From Methanobacteriota archaeon (lineage in GTDB: Archaea > Thermoplasmatota > Thermoplasmata > Methanomassiliicoccales > UBA472): a DNA stretch of 64,000 bases. The notes below the pieces were generated by a model. The model did not search any database. It was not told the origin of the DNA and worked only from the letters and a program-made list of their open reading frames with translations. This document shows positions 27,976 through 37,228 of the stretch, one piece after another. Positions within the stretch are counted from its first letter, which is position 1. Each line of letters opens with the position of its first letter. The position numbers and the translations under genes are program-made. The DNA is taken from the NCBI GenBank assembly GCA_012729095.1, contig JAAYDU010000028.1, forward strand, positions 4,260 through 68,259, given 5' to 3'.

Positions 27976-28365
27976 TCAGTCCCTGGGCAGGGCGTCCAGG
28001 CAAAGGCGCAACGCGCGGTCGACGTCCTCAGGCGAGTGACGGAGGTCATCGACCTTGCGAAGGCCCAGGTCAGTGACCAGGACGTGATGGGTGGGCTTTA
28101 CCCCGGCATTCTCCAGGGTCTTGGCCGCGCACTTGACCGGGCAGCCGTCGATGACCAGGACCATCCTGGCCTCCTTGGCCCCGTTCACCGGTCCGGCCAT
28201 TCCCGCCGAGACCGCGGCCAGGCAGGCCATCGTTCCGGTTCCGCCGGTCACCAGCCGGAAGGCGGCGGCGTTGGCTATCTGTCCCACGTTGCACCCCCCG
28301 GAGCAGGAGAATATCATCAGCTCCTTTCCGCTGCATTGGCAATCCTCGTTCTCGGACATTGACAT
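27976..28365 (-). CDS. DGC-domain putative zinc/thiol-binding protein
   Basis: 129-aa ORF with 'FSCSGGCNVGQ' and 'VIDGCPVKC' motifs, characteristic of the DGC domain family. Confidence 0.6.
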   Translation of the reverse strand: MSMSENEDCQCSGKELMIFSCSGGCNVGQIANAAAFRLVTGGTGTMACLAAVSAGMAGPVNGAKEARMVLVIDGCPVKCAAKTLENAGVKPTHHVLVTDLGLRKVDDLRHSPEDVDRALRLCLDALPRD

Positions 28366-28455
28366 CGACAGGGAATGGCGAACGCGGGGAGATAACCGTT
28401 CCGCCCCTGGAGCATTAATTTAAATGAGCAGCTCCCTAGGTGGAGGGGGTTCACC

Positions 28456-29847
28456 ATGAAGGAGTACGACCTGATAGTCATCGGTTCCGGCGCGGGATTG
28501 AACGTGGTCTCCAAGGCAAGGCAGAAGGGCATGAAGGTGGCCCTTGTGGAGAACGGGCCAATGGGCGGCACCTGCCTGAACCGCGGCTGCATACCCAGCA
28601 AGATACTGGTCACGCCGGCCGAGCTGGTAAGGACCATAGCCGACGCCAAGCGCATGGGGATACACGCCAGGGTGGAGAGCACAGACTACAGGCTGGTCAG
28701 GGAAAGGATGTGGGCTCTGATAGCGCCGGACCGGGACGGTATACTGAACAGCGTCAATAAGGACGCGGGGATCGACCTTTACCAGACCACGGCCCACTTC
28801 GTCGGTAGGAACGTCCTGCAGGTCGGGGATGAGCAGATCACCTCTCAGCGGATCATCATCGCCGTGGGCACCAGGACCAGGGTCCCGGACGTACCGGGGC
28901 TTCTGGACACTGGGTTCCTGATGACCGAGGACTTCTTCGAGATCACCGATCTACCGAAGAGCATGGTCATCATAGGGGGAGGCTACAAGGCCTGCGAGCT
29001 GGGCATGTTCCTCGCCTCGTTCGGATGCCGCACCACGATAGTGGGAAGGAACCCCCGGCTTCTCAAGAACGAGGAACCTGAGATCAGCGAGATCGTACTT
29101 CGCAAGTCCCGGGAGTACATGGACGTGCTGGTCGGAAAGGATGTCACCGCCGTGCGCGCCGAAGGCGGCCTGAAGGTCGTGGCCTGCCGGGACCGGCACG
29201 ACGGGACCACGCAGGAGGTCACGGCCGAGCAGATACTGGTGACCACCGGTGTGCAGAGCAACGCCGACTGGCTTCGCCCGCAGAGCTCAGGTATCGTCAT
29301 GGACAAGGATAACTACATCATCGTGGACAAGTACCTGGAGACCAACGTCCCCGGCATATACGCCATCGGGGACATAATCGGCCGCACCATGTTCCGGCAC
29401 ACCGCCAACTACCATTCAGAGCTGGTCTGGTACAACATGTTCGGAGGGAAACGGATCGAGCTGGACGAACACGCCGTCCCGCACGCCGTGTTCGGTTATC
29501 CGGAGGTGGGGGGCGTAGGCCTCACCCAGGAGGAGTGCCGAGAACAGGGGTACAAGGTGTTGGTTGGCTACAGCGATTACATCGACTGCGCCAAAGGGTA
29601 TGCCATGGGCGAGGAGGACGGGCTGGTGAAGGTCATCGTGGACCGGGACAGCCGCCGCATACTAGGCGCGCACATCGTCGGACCACACGCCGCCATACTG
29701 GTGCAGCAGATAGTGTACCTTATGAACGCCGGCGACCAGACGTACCTGCCCCTTGCCCGCAGCCAGTGCATACATCCCGCCCTGAGCGAGGCCGTTGTCA
29801 GGGCCTTCGGGTCGTTGCACGACCCGGACCACCATCACGATCACTGA
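28456..29847 (+). CDS. Class-I pyridine nucleotide-disulfide oxidoreductase (dihydrolipoamide dehydrogenase / disulfide reductase family) with a His-rich C-terminus
   Basis: 'YDLIVIGSGAG' FAD motif, 'GGTCLNRGCIPSK' redox-active disulfide, a second Rossmann 'VIIGGGYKACE' and the dimerisation region 'HPALSEAV'. The tail is 'HDPDHHHDH'. Confidence 0.8.
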   Translation: MKEYDLIVIGSGAGLNVVSKARQKGMKVALVENGPMGGTCLNRGCIPSKILVTPAELVRTIADAKRMGIHARVESTDYRLVRERMWALIAPDRDGILNSVNKDAGIDLYQTTAHFVGRNVLQVGDEQITSQRIIIAVGTRTRVPDVPGLLDTGFLMTEDFFEITDLPKSMVIIGGGYKACELGMFLASFGCRTTIVGRNPRLLKNEEPEISEIVLRKSREYMDVLVGKDVTAVRAEGGLKVVACRDRHDGTTQEVTAEQILVTTGVQSNADWLRPQSSGIVMDKDNYIIVDKYLETNVPGIYAIGDIIGRTMFRHTANYHSELVWYNMFGGKRIELDEHAVPHAVFGYPEVGGVGLTQEECREQGYKVLVGYSDYIDCAKGYAMGEEDGLVKVIVDRDSRRILGAHIVGPHAAILVQQIVYLMNAGDQTYLPLARSQCIHPALSEAVVRAFGSLHDPDHHHDH

Positions 29848-30749
29848 TCCGGCCTGGCCATGGGATCGAAGCGGTGCGGGTGGTTCATGATCTTCATGAC
29901 CCGGACCCCGGTCACCCCGGTCAGGAACGGTATGGGCGGCGTCAGGAAGATGGCCGAGGAGAACAACGCCGCCAGCTTGTTCTCCGCTCGCATGATGTTC
30001 ACCTTCTTGATCAGGGGGTCCTCTGGATCGGCCGAGGACACCTTGTGGAACAGGGACCGCATTATCAGAAGGTCGGTGTTAAGGACAACCTCCACCGTCC
30101 ACTTCACTCCCATCTCCAAGGTGGAGACGCTTCCCTCGGTGGCCGTGGTCCTGTTCAGTATCGCCTTGCGGAGATCTTCGGCCGTCTCACCCGGGAACGT
30201 CGTGTAGCAGCAACCCAGCTGCGACAGGGTGTGGGCATCGCTTCCACCCAGAACCGCCCACCTTCCGTTCCCCGAGCGGTCCGCCGCGGCCTGGTTGGCG
30301 TACCCGTCCACGTGCCCGCCGTTTAATATCTCCAGGCCATCGAGGTCCAGCGTCTCTACCAGCTCGCCCAAGGCCGGCACGTGCTTGCTGAACGGATGGG
30401 GAGCCACGGTCAGGCCTCCCTGCGCCCTTATCCTCTCTATGGTCTCCTCAATGGGAAGGCCCTTGGGTACGCTTTCCTCCATGAACAGGCCGATGATCTC
30501 TCCCTCTCTGGCGGTTATCTCGGAACCCACGACGATCTCGATGTCATCGAAACGCCGCGCGTACTCCCTGGCCCGGAGGGCTCCCCTCACGGCGTCATGG
30601 TCGGTAACGCAGAGCACGCGCAGCCCCTCCTTCCGGGCGGCATCCACGGCCGCCTCGGGATGGGTGACCGATTCCGGAAAGGTTATGGACTTGTAATGCC
30701 CGAAGCCAGAGTATCGGGTGTGGAAATGCGTGTCAGCCTTGCTAAGCAC
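29841..30749 (-). CDS. PHP-domain metal-dependent phosphoesterase with a ~90-aa C-terminal extension
   Basis: 'ADTHFHTRYS', 'LCVTDHDAVRG' and 'GGSDAH' PHP His/Asp motifs. Confidence 0.7.
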   Translation of the reverse strand: MLSKADTHFHTRYSGFGHYKSITFPESVTHPEAAVDAARKEGLRVLCVTDHDAVRGALRAREYARRFDDIEIVVGSEITAREGEIIGLFMEESVPKGLPIEETIERIRAQGGLTVAPHPFSKHVPALGELVETLDLDGLEILNGGHVDGYANQAAADRSGNGRWAVLGGSDAHTLSQLGCCYTTFPGETAEDLRKAILNRTTATEGSVSTLEMGVKWTVEVVLNTDLLIMRSLFHKVSSADPEDPLIKKVNIMRAENKLAALFSSAIFLTPPIPFLTGVTGVRVMKIMNHPHRFDPMARPDQ

Positions 30750-30823
30750 GAAGGAATGAACATCGCAACTGATTTAATTAGTTTCGCACCCAGTGAAAAA
30801 AATGTATTAAAGGGGGCAGCGGC

Positions 30824-30943
30824 TCAGCCGGTGACCTTTACCATGTCCTGCCCGCAGCACACCAAAGTGCCGTCGCCGCTCTCCATGACCTTGACCTTGT
30901 TGCCGCATATCTCGCACTCGTATACCTCGTCCACCTTTGTCAT
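30824..30943 (-). CDS. dx: Desulforedoxin (39 aa; below the ORF-track size cut-off)
   Basis: Hand translation: [39 protein letters not shown]. The C-x2-C ... C-C spacing and flanking residues match the desulforedoxin / desulfoferrodoxin N-terminal FeS4 domain. It lies 29 nt downstream of fprA on the same strand. Confidence 0.75.
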   Translation of the reverse strand: MTKVDEVYECEICGNKVKVMESGDGTLVCCGQDMVKVTG

Positions 30944-30972
30944 TTGATGCACCTGTTCGAACAACGCAGCCT

Positions 30973-32145
30973 TCATGACTTAATGCTTTTCGCAATTTCC
31001 ACGCCGTAGGCGATGCATTTCTTCACGCCCTCCTCCATGGGCGCGTACCGGACCTCCAGGTCCGGGAACGCCAGTTCGAAACCGCCGGCCTCCAGGTTCT
31101 CGCGTATGGCCTTGGTCGCCCCACCGCCCCAGCCGTAACTGCCGAACACCGCGGCCTTGCGTCCCTTGGGTCTCAGCCCTCTCATGTAATTGGTGATGTC
31201 CGCCACCGTGGGGTACATGTTGTTGTTCATGGTGCATGAGCCCACGGCCACGACCCTGGAGCGCAGCACCTCGCGCATGATCATGGAGCGGTCGGTGTCG
31301 GTGATCCGCATCATCACCACCGGAACGCCCTGGGAGCGCACGCCCTCGGCTATGGCCTCGGCCATGCGCCCGGTGGAGCCCCACATGGTATCGTAGATGA
31401 CCAGCGCCCTCTCCTCGGTGCGGTGGTCGGCCCAGCCGAGGTAGGCCTCCACAATGTCCTTGATGTGGGTCCGCCACATCAGCCCGTGGGATGTGGCCAG
31501 CAGCTTGATGGGCAGGTCCTTCACCTTGGCGTAGGCCTTCTTGACCTGGGCTCCGAAGGGCATCACTATGTTCCCGTAATACGTGGCCGCCTCCTCCATG
31601 AGCGTTCCCAGATCCACCTCGTCGTCATATCGCTTGGAGCTGCAGAAATGCTGTCCGAAGGCGTCCATGGTGAACAGTATCTGGTCCTCCACGGCATAGG
31701 TGAACATGGACTCCGGCCAGTGCACCATGGGGGTCTCGATGAAGCGCAGCGTGCGCTTGCCGATGGAAAGCTCCTCTCCGTCAGCGACCTCCCGCATCCT
31801 CATCTCCCCGTAGTTCAGGCGGAGGGCCTCCACGCCCTTCTTGCTGGCGAGGATCTCCGCCCCGGTGGCCTGCTGGGTCAACGGCAGACCGCTGGCGTGG
31901 TCCCCCTCCGCATGGTTGGACACTATGAGGTCGATGTCCTGGGGGTCGATCACCGAGCGCACCCGGGCCATCATCTCCTCAACGAAGGGGTTCTTGACCG
32001 AATCGATCAGCACGTTCTTCTGGTCCAGGATGAGATAGGAATTGTAGGACGTTCCCCTCAGGGTGGCGTAGCCGTGAAACTCGCGCGCGTTCCAGTCCAA
32101 GGCCCCGACCCAATAGATACCATCGGCTATCTCCACTGCTTGCAT
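30973..32145 (-). CDS. fprA: Flavodiiron protein (type A flavoprotein, O2/NO reductase)
   Basis: '[16 protein letters not shown]...SYNSYLI' and '[11 protein letters not shown]' diiron MBL-like domain, plus a C-terminal flavodoxin domain '[20 protein letters not shown]'. Confidence 0.85.
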   Translation of the reverse strand: MQAVEIADGIYWVGALDWNAREFHGYATLRGTSYNSYLILDQKNVLIDSVKNPFVEEMMARVRSVIDPQDIDLIVSNHAEGDHASGLPLTQQATGAEILASKKGVEALRLNYGEMRMREVADGEELSIGKRTLRFIETPMVHWPESMFTYAVEDQILFTMDAFGQHFCSSKRYDDEVDLGTLMEEAATYYGNIVMPFGAQVKKAYAKVKDLPIKLLATSHGLMWRTHIKDIVEAYLGWADHRTEERALVIYDTMWGSTGRMAEAIAEGVRSQGVPVVMMRITDTDRSMIMREVLRSRVVAVGSCTMNNNMYPTVADITNYMRGLRPKGRKAAVFGSYGWGGGATKAIRENLEAGGFELAFPDLEVRYAPMEEGVKKCIAYGVEIAKSIKS

Positions 32146-32172
32146 GATGTCATATCAACCGTCCCGGGATGA

Positions 32173-32180
32173 TTTATAAA
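32173..32180. promoter_or_regulatory. Palindromic TATA-like box TTTATAAA upstream of fprA
   Basis: It is located 28 nt upstream of the fprA ATG (32145, minus strand). This spacing would give a leaderless or near-leaderless transcript. Confidence 0.35.
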
Positions 32181-32278
32181 TTGTCAAGAAAGGCCCCGGC
32201 ATAACCCTGACGCGATCGGCGCACGGGCAAAGAGGGCATACCAACATTTTTAATCCACCTCCGACAGATGACAGGGGG

Positions 32279-32515
32279 ATGAACAAGGCCCTGCGGCAGG
32301 CGATCGATTCCCTGCGGGAGGTCATGGGCGACCGTAGATGCACCACTAACGAGATGAAGGACGTGCTCGAAAAGTTCTACGGTTACCGTTGCCCCGACGA
32401 TCTCTCCCGCTCCCTGAACAAGCTGCGGGCAATGGGCGTCCTGTGCGGCGAGGTGGACCGCGAACAGGCCTGCTGGGTATGGTGGCTGCCGCCCCAGGGC
32501 GATCAGCCCGAGTAG
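32279..32515 (+). CDS. Small hypothetical protein (78 aa), possibly winged-helix-like
   Basis: ORF is divergent from fprA, with G-rich 'gggggatg' before the ATG. 'SRSLNKLRAMGVL' resembles a wHTH recognition helix/wing. Weak evidence. Confidence 0.4.
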   Translation: MNKALRQAIDSLREVMGDRRCTTNEMKDVLEKFYGYRCPDDLSRSLNKLRAMGVLCGEVDREQACWVWWLPPQGDQPE

Positions 32516-34272
32516 TAGTATTCTCCCTTCTCCTTCTGCTCCCGGTCCAGCCTGGACCCGGGCTTGTTTATGCGCGGTCGGTTGGTGTCGTTGTCCCTGC
32601 GGAACGTCACGTCGACATCCTTCAGGAAGGTGTTCATGCCCTTGCGCATGTCATAGGGTCCCTGGCCCAGCCCCTCCTTGCCGGCGGTACCGCTGAACAC
32701 CATTATGGAATCGGACACCATGTCCAGGAAGTATATGTCGTGGTCGACCACCAAAGCGCTGCGCCCCCTCTTCTCCATCACCCGGCGCACGGTCTTGGCG
32801 GCCTCCATGCGCTGGTTGGAGTCCAGGTAGGCCGAGGGCTCGTCCAGCAGGTATATGTCCGCCTCCCTCGACAAGCAGGAGGCGATGGCCACTCTCTGCA
32901 GCTCCCCTCCGGAAAGGGTCAGCACGTTCTTCTCCAGCAGGTTCTTCAGGGAAAGCGGCTTTGCTATCTCGCTCTGGAAGAATCCGGATTCGAAGAAATC
33001 CTTCACCGTAACCTCGAACATCTCACGGACGGTGCCGTCAAAGTCCGGGCTTATGTACTGGGGCTTGTAGCTGACCCTGAACGAGGTGTCCACCTTGCCC
33101 ACGGTAGGCTTCTGCGCTCCGGCCAGCACCTTAACGAAGGTGGTCTTTCCGATGGCGTTCGGCCCCACCACGCCCACGGTCTCCCCTATCTTGATGGCCC
33201 CCGGCTCCACCTTCAGGTGGAAGGAGGGGTACTCGCACTCTATGTTCCCGTACTCCAGCAGGTCGAACTGCTCCCAGTTGGAGCGGGGCGGGCGGGACTC
33301 GAACACTATCTGGGTGTCCCGGAAGCGCATGTTCTCCTCCTTGGCGTACCCGTCCAGGTAGACGTTGATGGCCTGCCGCACCTGCCGGGGCTGGGCGTAA
33401 ATTCCGAAGGCTCCCTCGGAACCGAAAACCAGGTACACGTTCTCGGCCAGGAAGTCCAGTATGGCCAGGTCGTGCTCGATGACTATCACCTGCTTCTCCC
33501 GGGCCAGCTTCTCTATCACGCGGGCCACCTTTATCCTCTGGTATATGTCCAGGTAGGAAGATGGCTCGTCGAAGAAGTATATGTCCGCGTCCTTCATGAT
33601 GGTGGCGGCGATGGCAACCCTCTGCAGCTCCCCTCCGGAGAGCTCGGACATCTGACGGGTCACGGCCTCATCCAGGTCCAGCATGGCGACCGCCTCTTCC
33701 ATGGGCACGCGGCCTTCCACCTTCTTGAGCAGGTCCCGAACGCCGCCCTTGAACACGCTGGGCAGCTTGTCCACGTACTGCGGCTTTATGGAGGTGCGGA
33801 CATTCTTATCGTACACCCGTTTCAGGTGATCGTGCATCTCCGTCCCGGCGAAGTGCTCCAGCACCTCCTCCCTGCTCGGAGGGTTCTCGTAGTTGCCGAG
33901 GTTGGGCACCTCCTCTCCGGAGAGCAGCCGGAAGGACGTGCTCTTGCCGATTCCGTTCGGACCCAGTATCCCGGTCACCACTCCCTGCTTGGGCACCGGC
34001 AGTCCGTACAGCCGGAAGGCGTTCAGCCCGTACTGGTGGACCATGTCCTTGCGCAGTTCGTCGGGCAGCTGGATGATCTTGAGGGCTTCAAAGGGGCACT
34101 TGTGCACGCATATCCCGCAGCCCACGCACAGCTCCTCGGACACTATCGGCCGCCCGTCCTCTCCGATGACCACGGCCTCCACCCCCGTTCGCACCTTGGG
34201 GCAGTACCTCAGGCATTCCTGGTTGCACTTCTTGAACTGACACCTGTCCCTCAGCAGGACCGCTATGCGCAT
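32503..34272 (-). CDS. abce1: ABCE1 / RNase L inhibitor-type ribosome recycling ATPase
   Basis: N-terminal FeS domain 'CQFKKCNQECLRYCP...CVGCGICVHKCP' and two ABC cassettes ('GPNGIGKST', 'LSGGELQRVAIA' twice). Confidence 0.92.
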   Translation of the reverse strand: MRIAVLLRDRCQFKKCNQECLRYCPKVRTGVEAVVIGEDGRPIVSEELCVGCGICVHKCPFEALKIIQLPDELRKDMVHQYGLNAFRLYGLPVPKQGVVTGILGPNGIGKSTSFRLLSGEEVPNLGNYENPPSREEVLEHFAGTEMHDHLKRVYDKNVRTSIKPQYVDKLPSVFKGGVRDLLKKVEGRVPMEEAVAMLDLDEAVTRQMSELSGGELQRVAIAATIMKDADIYFFDEPSSYLDIYQRIKVARVIEKLAREKQVIVIEHDLAILDFLAENVYLVFGSEGAFGIYAQPRQVRQAINVYLDGYAKEENMRFRDTQIVFESRPPRSNWEQFDLLEYGNIECEYPSFHLKVEPGAIKIGETVGVVGPNAIGKTTFVKVLAGAQKPTVGKVDTSFRVSYKPQYISPDFDGTVREMFEVTVKDFFESGFFQSEIAKPLSLKNLLEKNVLTLSGGELQRVAIASCLSREADIYLLDEPSAYLDSNQRMEAAKTVRRVMEKRGRSALVVDHDIYFLDMVSDSIMVFSGTAGKEGLGQGPYDMRKGMNTFLKDVDVTFRRDNDTNRPRINKPGSRLDREQKEKGEYYYSG

Positions 34273-34329
34273 GGACCCACCTATCGGGAGGGGGCATAAA
34301 AAATTAATGGATGGGCCCTGGGCGACGTC

Positions 34330-35172
34330 CTATCGATCCAGGGTGTCCATGAGATGTCTCACCGCGTCCACGTAAGCGCTTCCGCTCCGGACCAGGGGGG
34401 AGACGTCCGGCTCGCTCGCCCTCACCTCCGGGTCCCAGGGCAGGACGTGCACCGTGTCGAACCCCTCCTCGATCAGGTCCCTGGCCCTACGCTCGTCATC
34501 CTTCGCCTGGCACTTGTTCAGCACAAGGTCCACCCGGCGAACCCCCATCTCCCTGGAGAGCCGGGCCACCCGGGAGGCCACCTGCAGGGAGTTGAACGTG
34601 GGCTCGGAGACCACCAGGCAGGTGCCGAAGCCCTCGGCCACGGTGCGGCCGAACGGTTCGAGCCCGGCCTGGGCGTCCATGACGATCAGGTCGTCCTGGC
34701 GGGAGTTCAGGAAGCGGACCAGCGCTCCCAGCAGGGAGTTCTCCGGGCACAGGCAGCCGGTGGAGGCCTGCACCACACCGCCCATCACCAGCAGGTTCAG
34801 GTTCTCCGTTACACGGATCCCGAAGCGCTCGGTGACGTCAGAGACGTCGGGGTTCAGATTTATCAGCCCTCCCCACCCCTCGCCGGGTCGGGCCCCGGTC
34901 CTCTGCTCCACGTAGTCCAGCTCCTGTGTTATGGGGCGCAGCTCCCTGGCCTTGTCCTTCGGGTATCCCAAGGAATACGCCAGGTTCTGCTGGGCGTCCT
35001 GGTCCACCGCAAGCACTCTGCGGCCATCGCCGGCGCCCAGCAGGCACAGGGCGGCGGACAGGGTCGTCTTTCCAACGCCCCCCTTCCCGGCCACGATGAT
35101 GCGCGTGCCGCCCTGGTTGCCCGGGCGCTGGCGCAGTTCCTTGGCCAGTGCCGATGCGGCCTTCCGGTTCAT
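34330..35172 (-). CDS. cooC: CO dehydrogenase nickel-insertion accessory ATPase
   Basis: 'IIVAGKGGVGKTTLSAAL' deviant Walker A and the 'CLCPEN' C-x-C metal motif. ATG 35172 overlaps the cooS stop (ATGA). The upstream 180 codons of the track ORF overlap cooS out of frame. Confidence 0.85.
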   Translation of the reverse strand: MNRKAASALAKELRQRPGNQGGTRIIVAGKGGVGKTTLSAALCLLGAGDGRRVLAVDQDAQQNLAYSLGYPKDKARELRPITQELDYVEQRTGARPGEGWGGLINLNPDVSDVTERFGIRVTENLNLLVMGGVVQASTGCLCPENSLLGALVRFLNSRQDDLIVMDAQAGLEPFGRTVAEGFGTCLVVSEPTFNSLQVASRVARLSREMGVRRVDLVLNKCQAKDDERRARDLIEEGFDTVHVLPWDPEVRASEPDVSPLVRSGSAYVDAVRHLMDTLDR

Positions 35173-37142
35173 AGTCCCAGGTCCGCTCTCTTGGTCTCGA
35201 TGTGGTCGAACAGGATGGCCGCTGCCTTCTTGGGGTCCGGCTCCACCCAGAACTTGGCCTTCACCGCTTTTTCCAGGTCCTCCGTCAGCATCTTTATCAC
35301 GTTGGGCGACCCGCTTATCTTGGGCATGACCCCCAGAGCCACGCTTATCCCGCTTCCCACGAAGTAGCTGCCTATGGAAACGGCCTTGGGCGAGTACCAT
35401 TCCGGAGCCGCCCCGGCCACTGGCAGCTGGTCCATGCGAACGCCGGCCAAATTGGCCAGCTCGGCCGCGAGGACCAGGATGCGGGTGTTGTCCACGCAGG
35501 AACCCATGTGCAGGACCGGGGGAATGCCCAGCGAGCGGCACACGTTCCCTAAGGACTTGCCAGCCAGGTCCGCGGCGTCCGGCTGCATAAGACCGGCCTC
35601 GGCGCAGGCTATGGCCGCGCAGCCGGTCTCCACGATGATGATGTTGCGCCGAATGAGTTCCTTGGCCAGGGTTATATGCCCGTAGTCCTGCTTTATCTTG
35701 GGATTGTTGCATCCCACTATGCCCACCGCCCCCCTTATCTTGCCTTCCAGTATCAGGTCGAGCAGCGGTTTCAGAGTACCTCCCAAGGCGGCGCGCAGGG
35801 CCTCCACGGAGAATCCAACCACCGCGTCCACCGGCCTGTTGGGGATGAGCACCCTTTCCGGAACGCGGTTCGGGTAATTGTCCACGGCTATGGCCACCAT
35901 CTTCTTGGCCTGCTCGAAGGCGTTCTCAGGGTTGACCTCCAGGTAATGGCCCCCCGGGATCCTGGCCTTGGGAGATGTGGTTATGACCTTGGTGTGGAAG
36001 CAGGCCGCGGTGTTCGGGAGAGAGGGGAATATGCACTGGTAGTCCACGATCATGACCTCCAGCGCCCCCGTCGTTATAACCAGCTCCTGACTGAGATGGT
36101 TCCCGGCCTGCGGTACGCCCTTGCGCATCAGCAGCTCGTTGCCAGTGCAGCACAGTCCCACAAGGTTGATGCCCTTGGCCCCAGCGGCCTCGGCCCGCTG
36201 TTTCATCTCCGGAAGCTCTGCCGCCTTGACCACCATCTCGGAGAGTACCGGGTTGTGCCCGTGCAGGGATATGTTGACATGGTCATGCTTCAGCACGCCG
36301 AGGTTGACCCTGCTGTTGCGGATCTGCGGCGTTCCGAAAAGGATGTCGCTAGCCTCCGTGCCTATCATGGAACCTCCCCAGCCGTCCCCGAGCGAGGCCC
36401 TCACTCCCTGGCTCAGTATGTTCCTGTAGTCCGCCCCCACGCCCATGTGCACCATGTGCATGGCCTCCACGATCTCCCGGTCTATGGATCGCGGCATGAG
36501 CCCCAGCTCCTCCAGCATTTCAATGGTCCCCTTGGGCATGCGCCGGGCCATGGCCAGTTCTCCCTTTATGGTGCCGTACTCCTCCAGCATGGCCAATGCC
36601 AGGTCCTCTGCCACCTTCTCAATCGGGCCATCGGTGCCGACCCCGTACTCCTTGGCCAGGGTCATAAGCTTGTCCTTGTCCCCTATGCCGTACATCGGCG
36701 CCTCGCCACGCGCGGCCAGCAGCAAGGTCTCCGCGACCTCCCTCCCGTGATCGGAATGGGCCGCCGCCCCTGTCGATATCTGGTCCAGGAGGTTCCTGGA
36801 CACGATGAGGTCTGCGGTGGCGCCGCAAACCCCCCTGCTCTTTGTCTCTCCCATTATGCGGCAGGGGCCCATCGCGCATCTCTGGCACGAGAGCCCGGAT
36901 TCGCAGAACTTGCAATGGGGCTGCTGCTTCTCCAAACGGTCCCAGACCGTCTCCACCCCTTCCAGCATGGTCTTGGACAGGACCTCCTTCACCGAGGGGT
37001 CCATGGCCCTTTCCTCCACCTTCGCCGGGACCTTGTCCGGAGACATGTGCTCAGGAGGCGTTCGAATGCATTCGACCGTGATTATCTCCAATTCCGGATC
37101 TTCCGACACTTCATCACCACCCGCCATCCTTGCGATGGTCAT
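35169..37142 (-). CDS. cooS: Anaerobic Ni-Fe carbon monoxide dehydrogenase catalytic subunit
   Basis: 'HCKFCESGLSCQRCAMGPCRI' D/B-cluster cysteines, 'GLCCTGNE' and 'HMGSCVDN' C-cluster motifs. 657 aa. Confidence 0.9.
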   Translation of the reverse strand: MTIARMAGGDEVSEDPELEIITVECIRTPPEHMSPDKVPAKVEERAMDPSVKEVLSKTMLEGVETVWDRLEKQQPHCKFCESGLSCQRCAMGPCRIMGETKSRGVCGATADLIVSRNLLDQISTGAAAHSDHGREVAETLLLAARGEAPMYGIGDKDKLMTLAKEYGVGTDGPIEKVAEDLALAMLEEYGTIKGELAMARRMPKGTIEMLEELGLMPRSIDREIVEAMHMVHMGVGADYRNILSQGVRASLGDGWGGSMIGTEASDILFGTPQIRNSRVNLGVLKHDHVNISLHGHNPVLSEMVVKAAELPEMKQRAEAAGAKGINLVGLCCTGNELLMRKGVPQAGNHLSQELVITTGALEVMIVDYQCIFPSLPNTAACFHTKVITTSPKARIPGGHYLEVNPENAFEQAKKMVAIAVDNYPNRVPERVLIPNRPVDAVVGFSVEALRAALGGTLKPLLDLILEGKIRGAVGIVGCNNPKIKQDYGHITLAKELIRRNIIIVETGCAAIACAEAGLMQPDAADLAGKSLGNVCRSLGIPPVLHMGSCVDNTRILVLAAELANLAGVRMDQLPVAGAAPEWYSPKAVSIGSYFVGSGISVALGVMPKISGSPNVIKMLTEDLEKAVKAKFWVEPDPKKAAAILFDHIETKRADLGL

Positions 37143-37228
37143 GGAAAACGTGGAATTACCGTCTATAATTAACCGCGCATATTTGCTCTGACGGCAAGGT
37201 TATATTGAACGAACCCATTCCACCGCCG

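Noticed and set aside
30807-30995. 62-aa track ORF between the PHP gene and fprA.
   Set aside because: It is an Arg/Gly-rich, motif-free translation. A different frame on the same strand encodes a textbook desulforedoxin, which explains the locus.
32389-34299. 636-aa ORF on the plus strand covering the whole ABCE1 locus. Similar giant antisense ORFs occur at 35676-37172 (opposite cooS), 61390-63027 (opposite the NaPRT and OsmC genes), 41842-42984 (opposite ftsZ), 34354-35367 (opposite cooC), 50479-51684 and 52993-53535 (opposite the helicase), 10539-11582 (opposite argD) and 12275-13213 (opposite the aminotransferase).
   Set aside because: Their translations are low-complexity Arg/Gly/Pro/His/Leu-rich strings with no motif. 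Each is exactly antisense to a gene with strong family signatures. Long stop-free shadow frames are expected in GC-rich coding DNA.
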